Source: Chara braunii (lineage: Eukaryota > Plantae > Charophyceae). From it: a DNA stretch of 64,000 bases. The DNA lies in the NCBI GenBank assembly GCA_003427395.1, contig BFEA01000038.1, positions 230,466 through 294,465 of the forward strand. Direction: 5' to 3'. Shown piece after piece: positions 24,040 to 37,576 of the stretch. The notes beneath the pieces were generated by a model, which made no database searches, had not been told where the DNA came from, and saw nothing but the letters and a program-made list of their open reading frames with translations. The stretch's first letter is position 1, and the number at the start of each line of letters is the position of its first letter. Both the position numbers and the translations under genes were made by a program.

Positions 24040-26092
24040 TCATTCATTCGAGGAGTTGGAGGAATCGTTGCTTGGAGAAGCAATGCTGGTGGAAGTGCTG
24101 CTTGGTAGAGTAATGTTGGAGGGAGGTCTGCCGGAGGAGCTGCAAGGGAAAGGTTGGAGAAGGAAGAGGGCAGCCATAGTTGAGGCTGGTTGCACTCTGC
24201 CCTACCCTCAGGTTGGTGCTGGCCCTGTGGGACGGTACCTGGGTCCACTCTGCTGGACCGGGACTTTGTTCCAAGTTGTGGGAACCGGAGTTCTGGACTT
24301 GGATTTTTTCCGCAGTCCATAAGTTTCTTCGACGACATCAAAGGTGACCTGCAGGCGGCACTCTCAATGGGGTTATGCTGCCGAAATTTTCGGCAGCGGC
24401 AGGATATTTTGAAGGGAGGTGTTACCAATTTTTTTACGCGGCGTCAGCATTGGTGTCAACATTGGTGTGTGTATGGGGAAGTGTTGTCCGATTGGTGGCG
24501 CAGCAATGGCGGAATATGTGAGGGGTCATGGTGTATCGACAACACTAAATTGAAGGGAAGTGCTACCGATATTTTGCGGTGCAGTGACCCCGTTGTTTTG
24601 GTGTGTGGCCAGGCGGGAGTGCTGCAGGGCAGTCGTGATACCGATTTTGACGGCGCGATGAACAGTGGTCCCACCGTTGTTAATTGTTTTGTGGTATATG
24701 GCGATTATGGCAGATTTCATCATGGTCTAGGGAGGAGACTGACACTGGTGCACATTGGGGACCGTGCAATTTGGAGCGTGGACCAGCTGAGCTACTTGGA
24801 GTGAGTCCACACGACGGTGGTCATAGGGGGCTTGCGACACTCGCGTTTTTTTTGCTAAGGACCACCTTTACTTTCTGGAGCGTGCGATGCAAGTGTTTTG
24901 GCGTTTTGGAACCATCAGGTGCCACGACAGTAGAGTGGGACTACTTGGGACCATTTTGGGACCAGCTGGAACCACCTCGAGGTTCATGGTTTTGGTGCGT
25001 ATGCAGGTTGCTGCTCCCACATTTGGAACTACTCCGAGTGGGACGTGGTGTAGAAGGTGGTTTGGACTGCGATTTAATTTGGGACAATCCTTAGGTTGCA
25101 GTGCAATTGGGACTGCATTGGGGCCGTCCTGGACATTGGGACCAAATAGAGATTATTCTTTAGAGCGCCCTCTTCAAGGGTTATCTGACTTGAGTCCTTT
25201 CACTGGGTCCAACCTTGGCCTGTTCAGGTCAAAGGCGAAGGACGTGAGCCGTTAATCGGTTGGAAGGACCATTTGTGGAGTTGTAGACCACGTATTTTTG
25301 ATTTCATCAACAATTAATCTTCTATTTGATTTAGGCATTACTCGATTTTCTTGAGTGAGTCAGATCAAACTTCACTCAAGGTCAGTTGAACGACTCAGAC
25401 TTTATCTTCACACATGTGTGAACCCGCATTTTGCTTCACCCTGTTTGCTTTGAATGTTCAAAAGAAAAGGTAGAGGAAGGTTGTTGGAGTCGTACATGTG
25501 AAAGGCGAGATCTAACTTGGGTATAGGGTTGCATTAGTTTCCTTGCACTTGTTGTTTGGTTTGGTGTGCAAGTAGGTAGAAAAATGCTTGAAAAAAAAAA
25601 AGTTTGATGGTGTTTACTTGAGAAAGAAAAAGATTGTTTTCTTTTACCCTCTCACCCGCTTGCATGTCAATGGACTCAAATTTTGAAGGGGGAAAATTCA
25701 ATGAACACTGTAAAAAAATAAAACCTCAACTCGAGTAAAGGAGACAAGGTCAATTGGACTTAGCCTTTATCCTGAGGTTATCCAATTCTATCATGAATGA
25801 CCTTGTTTGTCTATACATGTCTAAATGGTTCTTATTCTCTGCCTCCTCTGTCTCTTTTTCATCCAACTTACCTTGGACAAGGGCGAATGAGAATACGTGA
25901 AGTCAACTCATGGTAGGCACATTCCCTCTCTCTAAAAGGTATATGTGGCAGAGGTTCATTGGTTTAGGAGGCGGCCCTGTAATTGACTCACAGTGGATCG
26001 TACTACGGGGGGTACCTTCTTATACCACGGTGAAGCCAGACCGACTTCTGAGATCCGAGTTCTATACCCGGGAGAGGAGGGATACCCCATTG
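24040..26092 (-). repeat. ~2-kb interspersed repeat, copy 2 (inverted relative to 6305-8200), with ~110 bp of extra sequence at ~25290-25400
   Basis: See copy 1. Confidence 0.8.
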
Positions 26093-28384
26093 AAAAAAAA
26101 ATAGTAAAATTCAATTACAGAATTAACCTGTGCAGTTGGGGTCTCGGTTGCTTGGGTATAAATAATGTGATTGTGCAAGTGTGGTAGCCTAGTGTGGTAC
26201 CCTATTTAAAAACTGACTAATAAATTGTAAAGGTCATCGACCTATGACAAACATATCAAAAGATTACAGAGAGTTCACATCTCGTTAGTAGATTGTTAAT
26301 CAGACATAAAAAAGATTTAAAAATTAAACTTATAATAACAATTTTGAAAATAACTCATCACTAGGTAGCACCTCGTACTCGTACTTAGAGAGTATGTGCA
26401 TGTATTCTAGAATACGTATACGTGCTTAAAAATCTCACGAACAGGTACATAAAAAAAGGTATTATGCAGTATAATAAATCAAACAACCTTTGTACTAGAG
26501 TCATGCCTAAAGTTCATATTAGATCGAGTTAAAAAATCTTCGTTTAAACCCAAGGGTAAATCTTATGCAACTCCACCTGGTCTTTCATAAAATTCTAACA
26601 ATTTTTCTCGTTCTTCAAAAGTCCAAAAAAATAAAAATAATTAAAAAAATAGTATGTTTTTTCATATATGCACGTGCCACATACAAAGATGCGTCCTATG
26701 AAGAGAGTACGCACTCTAACCCAACGTACACGTACGAGGTCCTACCCGAACTTATCATATACTATTATCCATAATAATATTGTTGATATCAACAATAATT
26801 TTCCCCTTGCTACGGTTTGTTATTGTTATACGCTTTCTCGCAAAAAACCTTTAGAGAATTTGAGCAAGAACACAACAAATAATTTCAAATATTTAGTTAA
26901 AATTGATGTGGGTTGCTTCACAAAGGGGTATGATATACGATAATATACCAAATGGTATAAAGGGGTGTCGTCATTGGTAATTCACATCAACAAAATTTAG
27001 ACCGACTTCCATGATGATTGCAAAAAACAATGACGAATAATAATAGTGACAAGGTTTATAAGACCCTAGAGATGTGTGAAGGTGCTTTTCGCTCAAATTT
27101 TATTTTAATACAAGATGAAAACCTCGTTTTGAGGGAGCTATCATTTATGCCTAGAATAAGCTAGGAGTGGTCAAATGTAAAAAATCGATCATAATGGGGA
27201 ATAATCTATCAAAATGATTTTTTGAAAACCCCACCATATTAAGAAAAATTAGAAAACGGAGTTCGTACTTATCAACAAACGACTTAGTAAGAAACTTCGT
27301 CAAATCTTTGGTAGAAAAAAACATCATATGAGTGAAAGATCCTTACGTGATTGGTTTTACACAACTGGCGGGATGAAGCATACATACATAACCAATTGCC
27401 TCACCGAAGATAATTGGTGAATAAATGACTTTCATTATAGTTGGTATTTAAACATGTTGGAAAAAAAGATTTTGCGACGAAAAAGAAGCATGACATAAAT
27501 TTGAAGGGTCTGAGAACCAGCTCGCTATTTGCAAAGTTGTGAATAATGATGTGAGTGAGATGTATAAGGGTCACCTGTAGATAGTATAATATAATTGAGA
27601 ACAAAAACACCTTTAGGTAATTGAACAAAATAGAGACTTACGAGACATGAAGAGGTGAGGATGAAAATGAATCAACATCATCAAAGGAGTATCAAAACAT
27701 TTTTCCAGGGTATGGGCACGGATTGTAGTGCAAAAAAGGGCAATTGAAACTTTTTTTCTTTATCTGGATATGCAACAAAAATAGGAGTTACATTGCTGAA
27801 GGAAAAATCATAGAGAAAAAGAACAATGGTAATTCAATGAAGTCATTTACAAGTATAACTTATTTCAATTAAAAGTTTAATAACTTAGTTTAAACCAGAC
27901 CCTCGACTTCTTCTGCACACACTCAAGTTAATGTTAAACTCGTATTTGGTAAGTTTGCATTGGACCAAATGACCATCGTCTTACAAGGTGCTCTAACATA
28001 TAATTAGACTACAAGACTCATATTTTAAAACTTTAATGCTTTCTACATGATACTACAAGGCTCGCATTTAAACCTTATGATGTCTTCTCAACTTTGTCTT
28101 AATCTCTTGAATTGAGCCGATGTTTGAGACATGGTGTCTTCTTTCTCTCTTCATATGTAATTGAGACTAAAGGTGTAATGGGTAAGTAAATAAGACAATA
28201 CGCTCTACGGTTGGCCAAATTTCTCTTATGTAAACAAAACCCTTAGCCAATGTAAAGTAAAAATTGACTGAATTTATCAGAGACGCGGTGGGATTGAACT
28301 AATTCGTTGTTCTAGCTTACTGTAGTTACAACACACAGGATATTTAGAGGGATTTTTCAAAGGAAGGGTAGCTCGGATAGTTAA

Positions 28385-28551
28385 ACCGCTAATACTTGGA
28401 CCATACATCGACCGTGGGGCCCTCCCCGCGACTCTTGGAGGCCGGCAGCGCAGTCTGGGCCGTTGATGCAATTTATCATCGTCCCAGAGGCCGCGCGCAG
28501 GGCGTTAATGACAACGCCCCGCGCCCGATGTATGGACCAAGTACTGGTGGT
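28385..28551. mobile_element. TTAA-flanked MITE with ~35-bp imperfect TIR (accaccagtacttgg family)
   Basis: ttaa 28381-84 and 28552-55; accgctaatacttggaccatacatcg / cgatgtatggaccaagtactggtggt. Confidence 0.8.
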
Positions 28552-28884
28552 TTAACCCTCCAGTATACAATTCCAACCTTGCAAGATTTCTCTTGTAAGT
28601 AATTACAAAATTTTCAGGGCTCGAAGAAAGTTCGGTAGTGCGACGGGAAAGTAATCTTGTGGTCCCAATGAAAAGGGAGATGGACAATTCATTTTCCTTA
28701 AGGATGTCTGGGCATGCAGAAACACACGCACGAACAAAACACTGCAGGGGGTTGAAAAGGGGGGCGGGGGATCATATCAGTCTGTTTCAATTTATAGACA
28801 TTCTCAGACTAACACTTTCCATAACATACATCATTGCACATATGGCCAACCCTAGATGAATGTAAAGGGAATCGCGTGCAAATC

Positions 28885-29196
28885 TTAGTGTCGGCAGTTC
28901 TGCTGATCGTGGTTCCTCTGCATGGAATGTCAATGTTTTTCCAGGTTTTGATTGTGGTTACTCTGCACGGAAGTAAATGTCAGCAGTTCCGATGATTGCG
29001 GCTCCGTGGTTTTTTCTTTTTTGGGTTCTGATTTCTGAATATTGTGGTGTAACATGGTGTACTGTTTTCAATTCTTTTGGCGGATTTTCATTACGGTTCC
29101 TCTGCACGGAAGTAAATGTCGGCAGTTCCAATGATTGTGGCTCCATGATTCTTTTTTTTGGTTCTGATCTCTTGACGTTGTGGTGTAACATGGTGT
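28885..29196 (+). repeat. ~140-bp tandem duplication plus partial third unit
   Basis: ctctgcacggaagtaaatgtc(a/g)gcagttcc at 28961 and 29100. Confidence 0.85.
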
Positions 29197-29855
29197 GATG
29201 CAGCTTTCGGTGTTGCTGCTGTTTTTTTTTTTTTTTTTTTTTTTTTTTTGGAAAACCCTCCGGTGCTAGCGGTTAGGCTTACTGTAGGTCTTTCAGCTGA
29301 AGACATTTTAGGATTAGGCCCGGCAGACAGTTATTCGTCAAACCGACTTCAGACCCTTGATGAGTCCTTGAGGGCGGCCAGGCGAAACCGGTAGGGTCGT
29401 AACGCTAAGCAAGAGCCGAATTTTTGCTTCGTGACTAATTTTTGAAACAAAGGTACATTCGGGACATCTGTCTACCTCTCCGTGTGGTGTGATCATCTCC
29501 TGCCTCTTCTTCTTGTCCATTTCTTCTCTCATTCTCATTTCTGTTTCCTTGCAGGCCTCCTATTTCCTGGCACGCCTCTCCTTCATCTCGTACAATTTTG
29601 TCTGATTGCATTCTGCAGCATGACATACCTCACACCGCTCGTCCCCCAAGGCATACTCCGAGCAGGAGGCCTCTTCGGGCACCATGGGTCCTCTTCTGCA
29701 GCATGGCATACTCCGAAATATATAGACCTGAGTTCGAGTTTGTTCGCTATATTCACGGGGATACTGTTTCCTTCGAAATATGATATGATTCTTGGTACGA
29801 GTAAGTGGAACTTGACCCTGGCAGTCTACCTGGTGCTCCTGTCGATCTGGGTTCT

Positions 29856-29928
29856 GGGTGTATAGCTTAGTTGGTAGAGAATTGGGCTTTTAACGTAACG
29901 GTCGCATGTTCAAATCCTGCTATACCCA
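29856..29928 (+). pseudogene. trnK: Mitochondrial-type tRNA-Lys(UUU) pseudogene (NUMT)
   Basis: 73-nt cloverleaf gggtgtatagcttagttggtagagaattgggcttttaacgtaacggtcgcatgttcaaatcctgctataccca, near-identical to plant mitochondrial trnK-UUU, with stem-breaking changes in the D, anticodon and T stems. Confidence 0.85.
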
Positions 29929-30483
29929 TAACGCCACGAAGTGGGGTCGACATGCTTACAGTGCTTTCAAGCAACTAACTTGTACACATATTCGAGAAAG
30001 AAACGGCTATGGCAAAGTTGGTTTACGCACCACACTTAGGATGTGGCGCCGCTTCGCGCCTTGTGGGTTCGCGCTCCGCTCACCGTACACTAGAAACAAA
30101 GAGCGAAACGTATGGTTGAGGCTTTATTTTAATTTTTCCGGCACTGTACGTATCTTTATTTATATCTCGAGTTCGCGATAACAAGACGCCGCGTACGTAG
30201 TTTGTGCAATGCTTTACGAGGCCGAGTAGAAGACGGCAACTCATGGATAACGTCATAATTCCTTCGAAGGTTACCCCCGGTGGTGATGGGAGTGGGCCTT
30301 GGTCATAATTTGTTCCGTCCACCCGCAGTAAAAACCTGCATCCCTGGACGGGGAACAAATATGCACGGACGAAATTGGCCTGAAAGCAGAACGCTTTCCC
30401 TGACTTGTACCCTTCAAAAAAAAATCCACATTGCAGAAAGCCAGGTGCACATCAAGCTGTTGCCCATCTCCACCATGCAGATT

Positions 30484-30960
30484 CACTCTGAATTCAGCAA
30501 GTTCACTCTGAATTCCGCAAGTTCACTCTGAATACAGCAAGTCTAGTTTGGCCCCTCCCCCATGCGGAGGTGTAGCCGCCAAACAGAGGGACCGTTGCAG
30601 CCAAGTCTCTCCAACTCATGACCCATTCCGATTGTGGTGGGGCGGACCAGATGGAACGTAGGGTCACTCTGCCTTGTCCTTCATGTATAACCTTTTGAAG
30701 TCGAGTCGCATTCCAGGATTTGATTTTCTATCTCGGCGTATATCTCTTCTGGTCTTCTTGGCGTCTTCTCTTCGTCCTTCGTCCTTCGTCGTTCGTCCTT
30801 CTCTGTTGTGGGGCAGACCAGATGGAACGTGGGGTCACTCTGCCTTGTTTCTTCACGTATTATCTTTCAAATTCGAGTCGGATTCGGGCATTCGAATTTT
30901 CTATCTCAGCATACATCTCTTCTGGACTTCTCGTCCGTCTTATCTCCTCTTCGTCCTTCT
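30484..30960 (+). repeat. 20-bp x3 tandem (30484-30542) and ~170-bp tandem duplication (30638-30960)
   Basis: cactctgaattcagcaagtt x3; gaccagatggaacgt.gggtcactctgccttgt x2. Confidence 0.85.
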
Positions 30961-31269
30961 CTGTTTGCTCTTCTCCGTCAAGTTGTCATTATTTCTGTCG
31001 ACAACTTGTTATTTGCAAGTACTCACCCTACCGGTGCTTACAAGTCTCTGAGATATTCTCAGTTTCTCTGATCTCGTAGCCCCAAAAAACTGATGATGCT
31101 TGAAAGCTCTGCTTGACTCAGGCGCTACTCGTCCCACAAGTGGTTAATGGAGACCGCCACTTTCAGTTTCAGCCCCTGAGTGACGGGTCCAAAATTGAAA
31201 TCAGTTTTTTTTTTTTTTTAATCAGGGTTTTTGGCTGTCGGGGGGATAGGTTGTTTAAAAAAAGAAAAA

Positions 31270-31952
31270 NNNNNNNNNNNNNNNNNNNNNNNNNNNNNNN
31301 NNNNNNNNNNNNNNNNNNNNNNNNNNNNNNNNNNNNNNNNNNNNNNNNNNNNNNNNNNNNNNNNNNNNNNNNNNNNNNNNNNNNNNNNNNNNNNNNNNNN
31401 NNNNNNNNNNNNNNNNNNNNNNNNNNNNNNNNNNNNNNNNNNNNNNNNNNNNNNNNNNNNNNNNNNNNNNNNNNNNNNNNNNNNNNNNNNNNNNNNNNNN
31501 NNNNNNNNNNNNNNNNNNNNNNNNNNNNNNNNNNNNNNNNNNNNNNNNNNNNNNNNNNNNNNNNNNNNNNNNNNNNNNNNNNNNNNNNNNNNNNNNNNNN
31601 NNNNNNNNNNNNNNNNNNNNNNNNNNNNNNNNNNNNNNNNNNNNNNNNNNNNNNNNNNNNNNNNNNNNNNNNNNNNNNNNNNNNNNNNNNNNNNNNNNNN
31701 NNNNNNNNNNNNNNNNNNNNNNNNNNNNNNNNNNNNNNNNNNNNNNNNNNNNNNNNNNNNNNNNNNNNNNNNNNNNNNNNNNNNNNNNNNNNNNNNNNNN
31801 NNNNNNNNNNNNNNNNNNNNNNNNNNNNNNNNNNNNNNNNNNNNNNNNNNNNNNNNNNNNNNNNNNNNNNNNNNNNNNNNNNNNNNNNNNNNNNNNNNNN
31901 NNNNNNNNNNNNNNNNNNNNNNNNNNNNNNNNNNNNNNNNNNNNNNNNNNNN
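31270..31952. other. Assembly gap
   Basis: Run of N. Confidence 1.
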
Positions 31953-32733
31953 CATATTCCTGTGCCAGCCAGAACAGGAAGCAGTGGATGCGGATAAATG
32001 CAACAGGAGAGGAGACGTACTCTTTCACTGCCTGTTCCCCCCCCCACCCACCCACTAACTAAGCTATATTCCTCTCTCAAGCATACCTCGCACTACTACC
32101 TAAACCTCAGATTGCGGAAAAATTGCGTGCCGCTCCCCGCACAGAGCAGAGTTAGGTAGGTGTGGATAGCTTAATCTTCCACTGCCAGCTGTTGAAGACT
32201 GCAAAAGAAATCAAGCAGCCCCATATAAATGACAGGAGCACTGCACAACCAGCATGTCTCAGACTATTGAGAGTGAATCCCACAGGGAGGAAGAGAGGTG
32301 CAACAGATGTAAACCCTTTCGATAACAGGAGAGAAACAATGCCGCAAACTGAAGAGAAGAATACATCGTAGTTTTTTTGCGGGGTAAGTAAAATGCTGCT
32401 GTCTCAGTATATCCTTCAACCATAACAGAAAAAAGTCTTGAGTGGGTACTTATGGAAGGGATTGCTGGATCCAATTTTCAGCAGATAATATTTCATTATA
32501 TTAATATATTCCCACAACTTATCGGGGGAAGAAAACTAAGTACTTGTTTGTCACAAACAGTTTGTGAGTAACTGCAAGGGCCACAAAATAAATTTAAATA
32601 ATAAAATATAATTTAAATATTTCATAATTTTGTTTTGGACAAACACCAGGCAAGCCCCCACGCCTTCTTTAATGAAGAATTGTTGTACGATCCGTTCTCG
32701 TACGACAACTTTTTTTTTTTTTTTTTTTTAATT

Positions 32734-32840
32734 AAATCTGGACCAGTTCTCGATTTATGCGTGCCATTCTTGCACAGGGGCCACGATAATCCTCTCTGCA
32801 CCGTTGCAGTTTTAACGGGTGTCCCGAATGACGAAGGGAC
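32734..32840 (-). pseudogene. U6: U6 snRNA pseudogene with 3' poly(A)
   Basis: Minus strand gtcccttcg..gggacacccgttaaaactgcaacggtgcagagaggattatcgtggcccctgtgcaagaatggcacgcataaatcgagaactggtcca follows plant U6. The ACAGAGA box and AGC triad are mutated, an A20 tail follows, and no USE/TATA is present upstream. Confidence 0.9.
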
Positions 32841-33146
32841 TTTCTGATAACGTAAGAAAAGAAAAAGCGCATTCTGATATGATGCTCTTTTTTTTCCCCA
32901 CAGACAGCAGGCAATGACGAGGTGCACAATATCTACTCCTGTTGTGTTGAAAAAAAAAGGAAAACAAAACAAAAAAAAAAACAAGACGAGCCACAGATCG
33001 TCGGGATTCATTAGGGGCATTTATATCATTGTCAACTACGGTAAATTACCCCATCTACATAAAGGCAACCAGCCCTCCAGCCACTGACAGCAAATGGCAC
33101 ACAACAGCTTCAGGGGGGGGGGGTATGTACTATGTAGCACTTGAGG

Positions 33147-33571
33147 CCGCCAACACAGAGGAATCATAAATCGCCGAACTGAAATCTTTTGCACCCGAAA
33201 AAGTCGAACCGGCTCATGCAGGCTAGTACGTTGAAAGTGCAGCACGCTCTTCGTCTACAGTTCGATCTCTCGGTCCGTGGGGCGAATACCGCCAACACGG
33301 AGGAACCATAAATCGCCGAACCAAAATCTTTTGCACCCGAAATAAGGCGCACCGGCTCATGCAGGCTAGTACGTTGAAAGTGCAGCACGCTCTTTGTCTA
33401 CAGTTTGATCTTTCGGTCCATGGGGCGAATACCGCCAACACGGAGGAACCATAAATCACCGAACCGAAATCTTTTGCACCCGAACAAGTCGAACCGGCTC
33501 ATGCAGGCTAGTACGTTGAAAGTGCAGCACGCTCTTTGTCTACAGTTCGATCTTTCGGTCCGGGGGCGAAT
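33147..33571 (+). repeat. ~142-bp tandem repeat x3, high identity
   Basis: ccgccaacac..accggctcatgcaggctagtacgttgaaagtgcagcacgctc..ggggcgaata three times. Confidence 0.95.
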
Positions 33572-34337
33572 AGCCTAATGCTGGTGGTTTCACTGAGAAA
33601 ACAACCAAACCTTAAGCCTCTCATACAGGCCTGCTCTATTATTATTATTATTATAATTATTATATAATACAAGGCCTACAGATAAATCATCTCATCAGAC
33701 GTAGCTTAGGCACGAGCAAGCGAATTTCCCTCGATGCTGTTTCTCATCAATTACATTTTTGCCCCAAGTGAGGAGGAAAATCTCAATGTCCATAAGACGC
33801 TGGCAGAAGATACGGAAACTGTGAAGAAAGACTGCCTGCCTCTCCCAGATGGAAGTTCTTTTACGATGACATCTTACCGTACCTCCCTCCATGACCACCG
33901 TATGTATCCCAACCCGTCCTCGCTTTCGCAGGTGATGATTAATATAAGCATCCGAAGGACAAAGAAACAGTGAGAACAGTGGTGCCTGCTCTTACCAGCA
34001 CCGCTAGCAGCAGCCCGGGCTGTTTTTTTTTTTTTTTATTTAAAAAAAAAGAAACAGCGATGAAGCAGCAAAACCTGTAATCCGACAGACCGATTTCGCA
34101 GAGGCGGCACAGCCTCAAGAGGGACAAATCTGCAAAAGGGAAGACTGCAGAGGATAGAACTAAGAACTGCAAAAGCAGGAAACAATCCTCTTTCTTGTGG
34201 CTGTCGCCACCACTTCTCATTAACAGACAAATAATCATAAATGAATGAAACGGTGAAAAAGACGATGTACTCAACAAACAATACATCGGTGTTCCTATTC
34301 AGGTAATGACCGAAGATTATCGCGCGTACAGATCCCA

Positions 34338-34437
34338 GGGGCAAGGTCCCACTTGCACGGATTAAGAGATTCGGGCTGTTGATCTGTGCAAATCATTTGT
34401 CAATGTCGCTAAATTCGTGTAAGTGGGACCTAGCCCC
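34338..34437. mobile_element. 100-bp MITE-like hairpin with 26-bp imperfect TIR
   Basis: ggggcaaggtcccacttgcacggatt / aattcgtgtaagtgggacctagcccc; TSD not resolved. Confidence 0.55.
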
Positions 34438-36537
34438 AGAAAACCTAGAGCAAAGCCCTCAAGAGTCAAGACCTTATTATAAACTCGGCGAGCTTTTTTT
34501 TTTTTTTAGCTTGCACCACATGGAATTTGAAATCTCTGAGAGGCACAGAAAACTTTATGGCCCCCCCCTTCCTTGGTGGCGATTAAAAAAAAAAAAAAAC
34601 CCTTTTCGCTTTCTCAACCTCTGAAGACTCCGAACTATAGACACCTACAAAGCCTCTAATGTTCCTGCCAAAAGCTTATGTACAAATCTCGCACCCTCCC
34701 TCCCCCCTCCCCCCTCCGCCCTCCCCTCTCTTTGTCTCTCCTCTCAATGTGTATGTGCGCCTCTATCAGCGTCTGTCTATATTTGAGGTCCTGTTGCAGA
34801 ACACGTCATTTTCCAGAGGAGTGCCGACCAAAAAATCGAAGCGAAGGACCATCGTGTGGAGAACTTAACACGTTGGGATCCAAAGGAGAACCTCTGAAGT
34901 TTCTAAATGCTGTTAACCTTGTGATAGTCAGTCTTCCAAAGGGAAATGGCAAGTGCCAAGTACTGATCATTCAACGGAGATCGAGAAAGCTAAAAGCGCG
35001 AAGAGAGGGTCAAAGGAATCCGAAATATACTCGGACGTTTGCGGCGGCATGAAGAATTCTCTCGAGTGGATGAGACTGAAAACTTTTACCCATGCTCTTT
35101 TCCAACCGACAGAGCGACTCGGCAACCATGGAGAGCAAATGACTTCACAGATCAAAAGAATTACGTAAACCCATAACCATACCTCCTCTAAGTTCTAACC
35201 ACCCAGAGCGAGGTGTTCGCAAGAACGTAACACCTCACACGAACGTACGAGCATATCCAACACTCACATGACACCAGTGAGAAATCGATGTACTTTGTCT
35301 CACTCAAAGCATTCTCCGCTCCGTGCAAAGCAAGCGAACACCAAATTGAGCTGAGCGTACAGTTCACCCATGCTCCCTCCGTTCCACCAAACGAACGTCA
35401 AAGTCGGGCCTATACCCCAAATCTTCTCTGTATCAGGGACGCTGGACCCGTTTTCCAGCAGGTGATGCATGCTCCCCACCAATAGATGGAGCCTCTCCTC
35501 AGGTGCTAGTGGTGTCTGCTCTTACCAGCACCACTAGCACTGGAAGGGAGCTTTAAAAAATAAATAAATAAAAATAAAATAAAAAATCAGGAACCTTCGC
35601 ACTCGTGGAGCAGCCTTACGGGAGAAGAGAGATCCTAAACCGGAAAACGCAGGAGATGTCCCATAGGGCGTGTTTGTCTAGTGAAGTCCACCATCGAAAA
35701 GGGCACATGGCACCCATCTGCTGTATCACCAGCTTAAACTACTACCTAGTACCTACCGCATTCTTAGGCTCCCTCTGACTCGAATGAATATAGTCCCGGA
35801 CGGCAGGCAAATTCAGCCATCGCGTTAACGGCCTAAGAACGTGGAGGCACTGGTGGTTTGAAGTTTAAACCACCAGTACATGGCCCCATGCAACTGGAGA
35901 AAACATGTTTTGAGCCTCTCTGGAAATTTAGGAGGCCCGGCGCCATAGATAAAATGAATCGGCGGCCAGAGGCCTCCGAAAGGGGCCTGCGACCGCTAGC
36001 TCGCATGTCCTGGTGCTTTAAACTAAGAGAAGGGCCTTGCTGCGCAACCAAGGAAATGCCCAGTTCATAACTCGTAGGTTGCAACGAGCCACAGGAAACA
36101 CGCCGTGCACGGGCTTGGCCGGGGCGCAAATCGAAAACAGCTGGGTCTACAAAGGGGGTGCAAGAAAATTTCCCGGTTCGTAAAACCGCAAGGTCCCAAC
36201 CAGGCTCGGAACACAGGCCCGGCACAGGCTTGGCAGGGGTGCAAATTGAAAACGGTCCCCTGGGCGTGTTTGGTTTCGATCCCAGCGCGGCCTCCTCAGG
36301 GTGTAGCAACGGAGTCAGAATGGTGGGGCAGGTGATTTAATAAAACATCCCACTGGGCTCAAGCATAACAGTGCCATGAACAACATTCTAGACAAATAGC
36401 AGAGTCGGGTAGGTTTCCTACCAACCTTCTCACCACCACTTGCACGGTACTGCTCCATCCTTTAGCCAGACGTCCATGTCAGCACATCCTCGTCACCAGC
36501 ACTCCGATGATCACTTCGTGATGATGCATAGTGTTAT

Positions 36538-36751
36538 AATACTTGCAAGCGGACGCCGTCCGGGCGGTTCGGCATGTGCGGCAGACCACCGGACCGGACC
36601 CGCGCAGCGCACGAATGTGCGCCCGACGACCAGTTACGCCCCACTCTCCCCCCCAAAAAAAAACGCCCCCGTCCGGTCCGGGGGGAGGGTGCCGCACGCG
36701 GCAAAGCGGACCGGACCGGACGCTCGTCCGGTCCGTCTGCTTGCAAGTATG
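36538..36751 (+). mobile_element. hAT-type MITE copy A
   Basis: TIR atacttgcaagc / gcttgcaagtatg. Inserted in one unit of a local tandem duplication whose sister unit (36878-36895, catagtgttacaaccg) shows the empty site. Confidence 0.85.
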
Positions 36752-37346
36752 GTTACAACCGATGCCGTTCTGTCCTAAGTCGGGAACTGCTCCATCCTTT
36801 CACCATGTGTTCACTGCGAGGACATCCATGTCAGCACATCCTCGTCACCAGCACTCTGATGATCACTTCGTGATGATGCATAGTGTTACAACCGCTGCCG
36901 TTCTGTCCTAAGTCGGGAGCTGCTCCATCCTTTCGCCATGTGTTCACTGCAAGCTATACGCCACCAGCACTCGCCATATGGCAGACATCTGCTTCCTTGC
37001 AAGCTATACGCCCACACTCCAGCAAATCAGCAGCATGCACAGTGCTCCAACCGCTGCCAATTATTTCAAACTATGTTATTTCAATTGTGATGATGATGCC
37101 AATTAGCACATCATCCTCCGCAAGACTGCACACTCCTAAAAAAAGAAAAGTACCTGAAAAAATTTAAAAAAACAGAACATTCTGTGAAGGGAAAGAAAAG
37201 AAAAAGAAACTCTTCCCCTCAACCTCTATGCTATGTTAGTCCCATGCGCTGCAACCCTATTTGCCAGAAGCCTTAACTGGAATTGGCATCTTTAGTTAAC
37301 CTGTCAGTTTGCATTGATGATCGGCATGGTAAACATGCCATAGAAC

Positions 37347-37576
37347 CATACTTGCAAGCGGATGGACCGGACGAGCGTCCGTTCTGGTCCGGTCTGCTTT
37401 GCCGCGTGCGGCACTCTCCCCCCGGACCGGACCGGACCGGACGGGACGGGGCCAGTTTGTTTTTTTGGGGTGGGGGGTAACTGGTCGTCGGGCGCACATT
37501 CGTGCGCCGCGCGGGTCCGGTCCAGCGGTCCGCCGCACGTGCAGAACCGCCCGGACGGCGTCCGCTTGCAAGTATG
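37347..37576 (-). mobile_element. hAT-type MITE copy B (inverted relative to A)
   Basis: Perfect 16-bp TIR catacttgcaagcgga; perfect 8-bp TSD catagaac (37339-46, 37577-84). Confidence 0.92.

Noticed and set aside
26200-28270. AT-rich stretch resembling a decayed transposase or other CDS
   Set aside because: Many stops, and no motif I could recognise; needs a frameshift-aware translated search.
31113-32080. Long ORFs in the track (also 12251-12760 and 48496-49005)
   Set aside because: Artefacts of N gaps and microsatellites.
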